Assembly (NCBI GenBank): GCA_038212275.1
Contig: JBBQUR010000015.1
Location: 32,001 to 96,000 of the forward strand
DNA: 64,000 bases
Direction: 5' to 3'
Source: Planctomycetota bacterium
Lineage (GTDB): Bacteria; Planctomycetota; B15-G4
Below the pieces are notes generated by a model that saw only the letters and a program-made list of their open reading frames with translations, made no database searches and was not told the origin of the DNA. The position numbers and the translations under genes were made by a program. Shown piece after piece: positions 19,531-27,666 of the stretch (the stretch's first letter is position 1; each line of letters begins with the position of its first letter).

Positions 19531-20220
19531 ATGCGTCACCGCTTCCTGCCGCCGCTGGGTCCGGCGCTCATGCTGGCCGCGCTGCTGCTCCCCGGTTGCA
19601 TCGGTCTGCGGACTTACGGCGAGGACCGCGTGCGCGACCTCTCCGACGTGATCGACGTGCGCTACGGCACGGGCTTTGGGCTCGGTGCCAGCGTGCAACT
19701 TGGCCCCGCGTTCTCGACCGGCCTCGGCTGCTCGCCGGAGTGGTACACGCGGGAGTGGTTCGGCCGGAAGTCGGTGGAGGTGGACGACGGCCTCTTCGCC
19801 GGCGGGCTCCTCGTCAGCTACGACGGCGACTATGTCCGGCGCAGAGGCGAGAGCGCCTGGGTGCGCAGGGGGGACTCGACGACCGGCTCCTTCAGCGTGC
19901 TCATCTTCACGATAAATACCGGCCGCGGCGGCCCCTTCGCCGGCGACGCCGCCTGGTTCGAAGAGCCCGCAGGCAGTCCGCCCCTCTTCACCGCCATGCG
20001 CATGGGCGGCACCGTCTACCTGCCCGGCGTGAACGGCGGCCTGTACTGGAACATCGGCGAGACACTCGACTTCTTCTGCGGCCTCGTCACCTACGATCCG
20101 ATGCACGACGACGGCTACCCCAAGTTCTTCACGCCCGGCGCACCTGCGCCCGTATTGGCGCCCGCATCGATCCCGGACTCGGCGTCGTTGTCGGACTCGG
20201 CCCCGCCGTCGTCGCCGTGA
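19531..20220 (+). CDS. Hypothetical lipoprotein
   Basis: Lipobox LPGC, then YGEDRVRDLSD; strong GC3 bias. Confidence 0.8.
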   Translation: MRHRFLPPLGPALMLAALLLPGCIGLRTYGEDRVRDLSDVIDVRYGTGFGLGASVQLGPAFSTGLGCSPEWYTREWFGRKSVEVDDGLFAGGLLVSYDGDYVRRRGESAWVRRGDSTTGSFSVLIFTINTGRGGPFAGDAAWFEEPAGSPPLFTAMRMGGTVYLPGVNGGLYWNIGETLDFFCGLVTYDPMHDDGYPKFFTPGAPAPVLAPASIPDSASLSDSAPPSSP

Positions 20221-20342
20221 GCGGCTGCGGCTGAGACGCGACCGCGTGCGTCGCGGCCAGTGGTTGCAACGGCCGTGCAGCGAATGCCTGAAAGGTTCAT
20301 CCCTTCGTCGGCGATCGCGCACGAGTGCTCTGAAGCCAGGCG

Positions 20343-20860
20343 ATGCGGTGCGCGCTCTCGCCTCTCGCGCGGACGCAGGAAGATCCGAAGGCCGCCGCAG
20401 ATCAGGTCGTGCACTGGATCGTCGAGCGCCAGAATGCGGACGGGAGTTACGCGCCGAGCTCGCCGACATGTGCCGCGTGCTCGACCTGCTCGGCCGCTGT
20501 CCGCGCCGCTACACGGAGCTCGACGGTCCGTTCTTCCGCCGCGCGGCGAAGCGCGTTGCCGAGGCGGCCGCTCGCACGGACGGCAAGCCCTCCACCGACG
20601 CGACGTCTGCCGCCATGTCCGGCGCGCCTCCCGACGCGCTCGGTCTCGCCGCGATGCTTTCGCCCGCTTTCCAGCAGCCGCGCGATGCCGCGCGCGCGCG
20701 CCTGCGCGCGCAGTCGCCCGACGGCGATTACGACCGATGGTTCGCGCTGCGCTCGTTCCCCGACGACACCGCCCCGCTGCCGACGGGCTCGGCCGCAACG
20801 GCTGCCGCACCGGCCATCGACTCGGCGCGCGCCGTCGTGATGCCGGTGCGGGCCGGGTAG
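20343..20860 (+). pseudogene. Possible frameshifted gene with a prenyltransferase/QW-like repeat
   Basis: WIVERQNADGSY in one frame; protein-like sequence continues in another frame (VLDLLGRCPRRYTELDGPF) after ~20455. Confidence 0.35.
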
Positions 20861-20871
20861 CATTGCAGCAG

Positions 20872-20906
20872 ATTCAGCATTCAGCGTTCAGCGTTCAGCA
20901 TTCAGC
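20872..20906. repeat. Heptamer tandem repeat (Rttcagc) x5
   Basis: attcagc attcagc gttcagc gttcagc attcagc. Confidence 0.85.
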
Positions 20907-20950
20907 GATCGGCCTTCGCCGGCCACTGGCGTCACACGCATCGGGACCTC

Positions 20951-22003
20951 ATGCCGAAACCCGCAACGACCCGCCGCCGCCGGCTCCACGTCCACGTTCC
21001 CGCTGGGCAGGGAAGCGTGGTGCTGCGCACCGATGCCGATTGGGAGCGCGACCTGCAGCCCGTCTCCGTTTCCGCGGACGGCAACACCTCGACCTTCCAG
21101 CTCGAGAGCCCGCGGCCGTTCGTGTACCTCAAGCCCTGCCTGAGGACCGCGACCGGCGCGTTGCGCTGGGCGGTCGGGCCCAACCTGCTCGCGCTCATGA
21201 CCTTCACCGCGGAAGCCCACGTCCACCCGTATTTCGACGGCAGCGAGAAGGGGTCGTTCTCGGAGCTGGTCGAGCTCGACAGCAGGATCCTCGGCCGCAA
21301 GCATCGGCTGCGCGTCTACCTGCCGCCGGGCTACCGCGAGAACCCGCTGCGAAAATACCCGGTGTTCTACATGCACGACGGCAAGAACCTGTTCTTCCCG
21401 GCTGAGGCCTTCATGGGCCGTGACTGGCAGGTCGACGACAGCCTGCAGATGCTCGACTCGATGAGCGCGATCGATCGCGTGCTGATCGTGGGTGTCCACT
21501 CCGGCGACCGCAACAGCGAGTACACGAAACCCGGATACGAAGCCTACGCCCGCTCGATCGTCGAGGAAGTGCGGCCCGTCGTTGCCGCGAAGCTGCGCGT
21601 GCACGACAGCCCCCGCGAGACCGGCGTGATCGGCTCGTCGCTCGGCGGTGTCGCCGCTTTCTACATGGCGTGGCAATACCCGCAGGTCTTCGGCTTTGCG
21701 GCCTGCATGTCGAGCACCTTCTCGTACCAGGACGACCTGATCGAGCGCGTGCTCTCCGAGCCCAGGTCCACGTCGAAGTTCTATCTCGACAGCGGCTGGC
21801 CGAACGACAACTACGAGGTCACGCTCGCGATGGCGATGGCGCTTTCCGAGCGTGGCTACAAGGTGCGCGAGGACTTCCTGCACCTTGCGTTCCCCGGCGA
21901 GCAGCATGACGAACGCGCCTGGAGCCGCCGGCTGCACCTGCCGTTCCAGCTCGCGATGGGCCGCCCCGTCGTCGGGCAGCGGCGCAGCAAGCGGAAAGCC
22001 TGA
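20951..22003 (+). CDS. Alpha/beta-hydrolase-fold putative esterase
   Basis: VYLPPGY..N..KYPVFYMHDG.NLF; GSSLGG elbow; FYLDSG; HDERAW. Confidence 0.9.
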   Translation: MPKPATTRRRRLHVHVPAGQGSVVLRTDADWERDLQPVSVSADGNTSTFQLESPRPFVYLKPCLRTATGALRWAVGPNLLALMTFTAEAHVHPYFDGSEKGSFSELVELDSRILGRKHRLRVYLPPGYRENPLRKYPVFYMHDGKNLFFPAEAFMGRDWQVDDSLQMLDSMSAIDRVLIVGVHSGDRNSEYTKPGYEAYARSIVEEVRPVVAAKLRVHDSPRETGVIGSSLGGVAAFYMAWQYPQVFGFAACMSSTFSYQDDLIERVLSEPRSTSKFYLDSGWPNDNYEVTLAMAMALSERGYKVREDFLHLAFPGEQHDERAWSRRLHLPFQLAMGRPVVGQRRSKRKA

Positions 22004-22123
22004 CGATGCCGCGGACTGACGTGACCCCCGCAAAGTGGTCCACGCGCTGTGAGAGACGACCGCCCCCGACAGGGCAAGGCGTCCCTCGTGAAGAAGCGCA
22101 CGCAGCCCGCGCGCCACCAGGCG

Positions 22124-23830
22124 CTACGGCTTCAGCGCGATCACCAGCGCATTGCTCAGGCCGATCGGCTCGCTGCCCGCATAGCCGGTGATGACGAACT
22201 GCGCGTAGAAGTTCGCCGGGCCGCCGCCGCCCGGGAAGCTCGGAATCAACAAGTTGCCTGTGGGCAACGGGGGGAAGGTGAGCAGCACCGAGCCCGCGAG
22301 CTTGGGCACGAGCGTGCCGCCCTTGAACGACGTGAGGCCAAGGCCCGCCGAGAGAAGCAGGAAAGGGTGGCCGCCGAATGGCACGCCGGTCAGCTCGAAG
22401 TCGGCCTTGCTGCCACTCTGGAGCTGGCCGCCGTAGACCGAGAAGGTCGCGAGGTGCGGGCCCTGGAAGCCGAGGTTGGCTTGATAGGTGAGCTGGCCGA
22501 TGCACTCCGCGCCGCCGGCGTTGCTCGCGATCGCATCGCCGTCGGGGAGGCCAACGAGCAGGTCGGGCCAGCCGTCGTCGTTCACGTCGAGGCCGCCGTC
22601 GAAGCTTGCGTGCTGGCTCACGCCGGAGCCGGTGAAGAAGTCGTGCTGCTTCACGAGGCTGCCGTCACCGCCGTCGAAGACGCGCACGAAGCCGCCGCCC
22701 GAGGGCACGCCCGCTTCCGTGCCGCCGATCGCCACGTCCGGAAGGCCGTCCTTGTCGATGTCGCCGGCCTTGCAGAGCCACGTGCCGAAGCGCTCGCCCG
22801 CGTTGACCCCGGGGTAGACGCGCACGAGGGTTCCCGCGGCGCCTTCGTAGAGGTATGCGGCGCCGACGCCGGAGCCGGATGCGCCGTCGCCCGGCGCGCC
22901 CACCAGGAGTTCGCGCACGCCGTCGCCGTCGGTGTCGCCCACGGCACAGAGGGCCGTGCCCAGGCTCTGGAAGTCCTGGCCGAACTCCTTGTAGAGCACG
23001 GCGTGCGTGCTGCCGTTGTAGACGGTCACGCTGCCCGCAGCCTCGTTGAAGATGAGGAACGGAAAGAGCTGCAGGAAGTCTTCCGCCGGCGCGCCGATCG
23101 CGTACTCGCTGCGGCCGTCGCCGGTGAGGTCTCCGAGCAGCGCCACCGACCAGCCGAAGAGGTCGCCGTCCTTCAGGCCCTCGTGGTGCATGAGGAGCGT
23201 GCCGGTTGCACCGTTGTAGAGGTTCGCGTAGCCCTCGTTGTTGGTCGTGCCGGTCTTGTCCCAGTGCGGCGCGCCGATGAGGATGTCCGGGATGCCGTCG
23301 CCGGTCACGTCGGCGTTGCTCGCGATCGAGTCGCCGAAGCGCGCGCTCGTCGAGCTGCCCTGAAACGTGCGCAGCACGGCGCCGGTCGAGCCGTTGTAGA
23401 GCGTGACGCGGCCGGCGTCCGTCAGGATCTGGAAGCCGGAGGGCACGTCGGCGCGCGGCGCGCTCACGAGCAGGTCGGGCACCGAATCCCCATTGATCAG
23501 CCCGGCCACGGCCACGACCTGTCCGTAGGTGCTGCCCGCGCTGTCCCCGTGAAACTGCTTGAGCAGGATGTGCGGCGCGCTGCCATTGATGAGGTACGCC
23601 GAGCCGTTGGAGGCATCCTGCGGCGCGCCGATGAACATCTCGGCGTGGCCGTCGCCGTTCACGTCGGGCACCAGCGCGACCGACTCGCCCCAGTGGTCGC
23701 CCGCGCTGACGAAGCCGCCGCCGAGGCCGTACCAGGTCTGGTCCTGCGCGGTGGCCGCGGGTGCTGCCGCCAGCAGGAGTTCGATCGCCGTGCAGCAAAG
23801 CAGAAACGCATGGGAGGCAGAGTTCTTCAT
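22124..23830 (-). CDS. Secreted FG-GAP/integrin-alpha repeat protein with shared C-terminal domain
   Basis: Signal peptide; about seven D.[NT]GDG..D...GAP repeats; C-terminal FKGGTLVP...YAQF...LSNAL..P. Confidence 0.9.
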   Translation of the reverse strand: MKNSASHAFLLCCTAIELLLAAAPAATAQDQTWYGLGGGFVSAGDHWGESVALVPDVNGDGHAEMFIGAPQDASNGSAYLINGSAPHILLKQFHGDSAGSTYGQVVAVAGLINGDSVPDLLVSAPRADVPSGFQILTDAGRVTLYNGSTGAVLRTFQGSSTSARFGDSIASNADVTGDGIPDILIGAPHWDKTGTTNNEGYANLYNGATGTLLMHHEGLKDGDLFGWSVALLGDLTGDGRSEYAIGAPAEDFLQLFPFLIFNEAAGSVTVYNGSTHAVLYKEFGQDFQSLGTALCAVGDTDGDGVRELLVGAPGDGASGSGVGAAYLYEGAAGTLVRVYPGVNAGERFGTWLCKAGDIDKDGLPDVAIGGTEAGVPSGGGFVRVFDGGDGSLVKQHDFFTGSGVSQHASFDGGLDVNDDGWPDLLVGLPDGDAIASNAGGAECIGQLTYQANLGFQGPHLATFSVYGGQLQSGSKADFELTGVPFGGHPFLLLSAGLGLTSFKGGTLVPKLAGSVLLTFPPLPTGNLLIPSFPGGGGPANFYAQFVITGYAGSEPIGLSNALVIALKP

Positions 23831-23989
23831 GGCTGGCGTCGACCAAGGGGAAGGAAGGGAAACCGGAAGCATCCGGCCTTCGACCCAGAGCCGGAATCCG
23901 CGCGGGCCGTTACACCGCTCCCCGCATCGGAGCGTCGGACCGGCGCCCGCACGGCACGGCCCCAGCAGCCGCCGCGTCCCGCCGCGCCT

Positions 23990-24044
23990 CGCACCGGCCC
24001 CGCACCAGCGCCGCACCAGCGCCGCACCGGCCCCGCACCGCAGC
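23990..24044. repeat. 11-bp tandem repeat (cgcaccRgcNc) x5 in a divergent promoter region
   Basis: Directly visible units. Confidence 0.7.
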
Positions 24045-24120
24045 AGCCTCCGACCGACGGGTCGCGTTCCCGGATAGAGTGCGTCGCGAAGCATCGTTCG
24101 GGCCATGGATCCAGCCAGTG

Positions 24121-25302
24121 ATGATCAAGCGCGTCCTTCCGACGTCCCTTCTGCCGCTCCTGCTCTGCGGCCTCGCGGCTCAGGTCCCTGCGCAGATCGC
24201 GGCGTGGCCCGCCGGCCCCGGCGTCGAGATCGGCCACGAGGGTCTGCCCGGCGGCCTGCCAGCGGCCTTCGAGAGCAGCGGCATCGCGTGGCATCCGGGG
24301 CGCAACAGCCTGCTGGTCGCGAGCGACTCGGGCCTGATCGCCGAGCTGCCGGCGGGCGGCGGCGCGCCGACGGTCTGGTCGCTGCCGGGCGACCTCGAAG
24401 GCCTCACGATCAAGGACCCGGCGAGCAACCTCGTCTACGTCGGCGTCGAGAGCCCCGACAGCATCGTGGAGTTCAACCTGGCGACGGGCTCGACCACGGG
24501 CAACTCGTGGAACCTCACCACGTGGATGACCGGCCCCAGCAACGAGGGCCTCGAGGCGCTCGCGTACGTGAACGGCGAGTTCTGGGCCGGGCTGCAACTC
24601 AACGGCAACATCTTCCGCTTCAAGCTGATGCCCGGCGGCGTGGTGCAGTTCCTCGGGAGCATGCCCAGTCACCTGGGGCGCGCGGATCTCGCGGGCCTCG
24701 AATGGGATCCGTGCACCGGCGTGGTCTACGCGCTGCACGACACGGCCAACGTCCTCGTGGAGTACGACAGCAACGGCACGTTCCTGCGCGAGTACGCCGC
24801 GACCGGCACCGACCAGGAGGGCGTCGCATTGCAGCACGGCTCGCCGACCGCCGCCGCGACGATCTGGTTCGCGCAGGACACGGGCGAGGTCACCCGCTAC
24901 GAGGGCTACCCCGTCACGCCGTGCCCGCCCGGGACGTGGACCGACCTCGGCGGTGGCACGACGGGCAGCGCCGGCGCGCCGCACCTTGCAGGCAGCGGGC
25001 CGCTGCAGGGCGGCTGGAGCTTCGCGCTCGACCTCGCGTCGGCGCCGCCCGGCGCGCCGATGCTCGCGGCGCTGTCGTTCGCGTCCAATCCCATCGCGGC
25101 GTTCGGCGGCACCTTCCACGCGCTGCCCATCGCGAGCCAGTTCATCCTCGCAGCCGACGGCGGCGGCGGATTTCATATCGCATCGACCTGGCCGGCCGGC
25201 GTGCCGTCCGGCACGACTTTCTGGTTCCAATTCATCGTGAAGGACACGGCGCACACGCCGCAGCTCACGCTGAGCAACGGCCTGCGCGCGACGGCGCCGT
25301 GA
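24121..25302 (+). CDS. Secreted SdiA-regulated/YjiK-like beta-propeller with shared C-terminal domain
   Basis: Signal peptide; blades FESSGIAW, GDLEGLT, NEGLEALAY, DLAGLEWD, DQEGVA; C-domain starts WTDLGG. Confidence 0.8.
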   Translation: MIKRVLPTSLLPLLLCGLAAQVPAQIAAWPAGPGVEIGHEGLPGGLPAAFESSGIAWHPGRNSLLVASDSGLIAELPAGGGAPTVWSLPGDLEGLTIKDPASNLVYVGVESPDSIVEFNLATGSTTGNSWNLTTWMTGPSNEGLEALAYVNGEFWAGLQLNGNIFRFKLMPGGVVQFLGSMPSHLGRADLAGLEWDPCTGVVYALHDTANVLVEYDSNGTFLREYAATGTDQEGVALQHGSPTAAATIWFAQDTGEVTRYEGYPVTPCPPGTWTDLGGGTTGSAGAPHLAGSGPLQGGWSFALDLASAPPGAPMLAALSFASNPIAAFGGTFHALPIASQFILAADGGGGFHIASTWPAGVPSGTTFWFQFIVKDTAHTPQLTLSNGLRATAP

Positions 25303-25562
25303 GCGGCCGGCGCGGCGCGTGAGCCAGGCTCGCGCGAACGCCCAATCGCTCTTCACCGTGCGGTGGTCGTTCAGGACTCGCGCGTGGTGGAGACGGGCTC
25401 GGCGAGTATCGGCGGAGCCACTATTCATGAATGTCGGCAACGGGAGCCGGGCGCGGGCGCAGTGGCTTGTGCGTCCTCCCCGTCCCGACCGCGGAAGCCG
25501 GCCTGACTTCGCTGAGATCCCCGCCCGCGGCACGATCGCTGCCCGCAACTCCGCCCGGCAAG

Positions 25563-26500
25563 TGTCCAAACCGGGCACATGGGTGACAGAAACGTCCGGG
25601 CACATGGGTGACACATCAGGCTGTTCGGCAGGAGGGCCTGCCGATGCCGTAGTTGGAGTCACGTGTGGACGATCGATTGAAGTTCATGAAGGAGTACGGT
25701 TCTGGGCGCTGGCCGGTGGCCGAGCTCGCGCGCCGACACGGGATCAGCCGCAAGACGGCGCATGAGTTCATCGCTCGCTTCAAGGAGCGTGGCGCCGAGT
25801 GTCTGTGCGATCTGTCGCGAGCGCGGCATGCACAGGATCACCAGGTCACGCGACACGTCGAGCAACGGATCGTCGCGGCCGCACGCCAGTGGGGCTGTTG
25901 GGGGCAGCGCAAACTAGGCGCAATTCTCAAGCGCCGCGCGCCCGATATCGATTGGCCCGCGAAGAGCACGGTGGGAGACACCTTGAAGCGCCATGGGCTC
26001 GTGACGCCTCGGCATCTGCACCGGCCGACTGCGGCCTCATCCCGCACCCGGCTCGCGCCGGCCAGCGAGCCCAATGACCTGTGGTCGACCGACTTCTAAG
26101 GCTGGTGCCTGAGCGGCGCGCGCGAGCGCCTGGAGCCGTTCACGCTGGGCGACACCTGCAGTCGCTACGCCCTGGCGTGCACGCTCGTCAGCTCGATTCA
26201 CACGGAAACGGTGTGGCCGATCTTTGCGCATTGCTTCCGCGAGTACGGTCTGCCGCGGCGCATTCGCAGCGACAATGGGCCGCCTTTCGGCAGTGGCGGG
26301 CTTGCCGGCCTCTCGGGCCCGAGCGTGCGCTGGCTGCGCCTGGAATCCGCCCGGAGCGCATTCAGCCCGGCAAGCCGCAGCAAAACGGAGCGATCGAGCG
26401 CTTCAATCACGTGCGTCCACACGAGGCGCTCGGTGATCGCACGCCGGCGGAGGTGTACACGCCGTCACCGCGGCGCTTTCCCAGGAAGCTGCCGGAGTTT
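25563..26500 (+). mobile_element. Degenerate IS481-family insertion sequence (left end plus transposase pseudogene)
   Basis: Starts with TGT; 18-bp direct repeats ccgggcacatgggtgaca at 25571 and 25596; transposase from ATG 25644 (MP*LES.. with TAG at 25650), HTH GISRKTA, PNDLWSTDF* (TAA 26097), IRSDNGPPF, frameshift to PERIQPGKPQQNG..ER, RPHEALG.RTPA; no right end seen. Confidence 0.85.
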
Positions 26501-26509
26501 CATGACGGC

Positions 26510-27215
26510 CCGCAACGGCGCGGAGACGGCGACGTGGCCCGACGGCGGCACGACGCCCTTCAAGGGCGAGAAGGGCACGACCTGGGAAGGCGGCTTCCGC
26601 GTGCCGATGCTCGTGCGCTGGCCGGGCGTCATCAAGCCGGGCACGATCATCAACGACATCTTCTCGCAGGAGGACTGGCTGCCCACGCTGCTCGCGGCGG
26701 CGGGCGAGCCCGACATCGTGGAGAAGTGCAAGCAGGGCTACGCGGCCAACGGCAGGGACTTCAAGGTCCACCTCGACGGCTACAACTTCCTGCCTTACTT
26801 CAAGGGCGAGGTCGCCAAGGGCCCGCGCGAGGAGATCTTCTACTTCGGGCAGGGCGGCGATCTGAACGCCGTGCGCTGGAACGACTGGAAGGTGTCCTTC
26901 GCCGTCGAGAACGGCAACATCGCCACCGCGACGCGCGACGTGCCGGGCTGGCCGGAGATCGTCAATCTCCGCGCCGACCCGTATGAGAAGGCGCCGCACG
27001 AGTCGGGCATGTACATCCGCTGGTACGCCGACAACATCTGGCTCTTCGTGCCGGTACAGACCAAGCTCAAGGCTTTCCTGCTCACGCTGCCGGAGTTTCC
27101 CTTCCAGCAGGGCAGCAGCCTGAACGCGGCGGGCATCAACTACAACTCGCTGAAGGCGATGCAGGCCATGAAGCGCCTGAACGAATTGGAGACGCTGCCC
27201 GCTCCAGGCAACTGA
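26510..27215 (+). pseudogene. C-terminal fragment of an arylsulfatase (N-terminal active-site half missing)
   Basis: NGAE..TWPDGGTTPFKGEKGTTWEGGFRVP, HLDGYN, NLRADPYE; joined directly to the IS fragment. Confidence 0.8.
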
Positions 27216-27475
27216 GCGGAACTCGCCACTGTCGGCGCCGAAACTCTCACGCCGCCCGGGAGCGCGCCGATCGCGATTTCTCCGACCTGCAAGCACATCG
27301 ACCTGAAGGAGCAGGATGGCGGCATCGAGGTGCTCCTCGGAACTGTCGCCGTGACCAGCAGCACGGTGCAGAACAGGAGCCTCCCGCCCGCCGTGCAGCC
27401 CGCCCGACTCCCCACGGCACGACACGCACCGCCGTCACGCGACTCCTCAGACCTTCCCCCGATGTGAACCCTCCC

Positions 27476-27658
27476 ATGGCGTTCCGCCGGTTGCCGAAGG
27501 TTCTTTCGTCCTTGTCCGTGGCCCTCGCCTGCGCGGCGCCGCTCGTCGCGCAGGGCACGCCCACGCTCGACTGGGTCGCTGCAGGCCACGGAGCATTGGG
27601 AATGCAAGCGCCCCCACCCTGCCGCAGCGCCCGCAGCGTGTCCCGCCTTCTGCCGTGA
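27476..27658 (+). pseudogene. Signal-peptide-bearing N-terminal stub of a truncated secreted protein
   Basis: MAFRRLPKVLSSLSVALACAAPLVAQGTPTLDWVAAGH, then loses protein-like character. Confidence 0.35.
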
Positions 27659-27666
27659 AGGCCGCT

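Noticed and set aside
25571..25613. 18-bp direct repeats as CRISPR or operator sites
   Set aside because: Better explained as internal repeats of an IS481 end.
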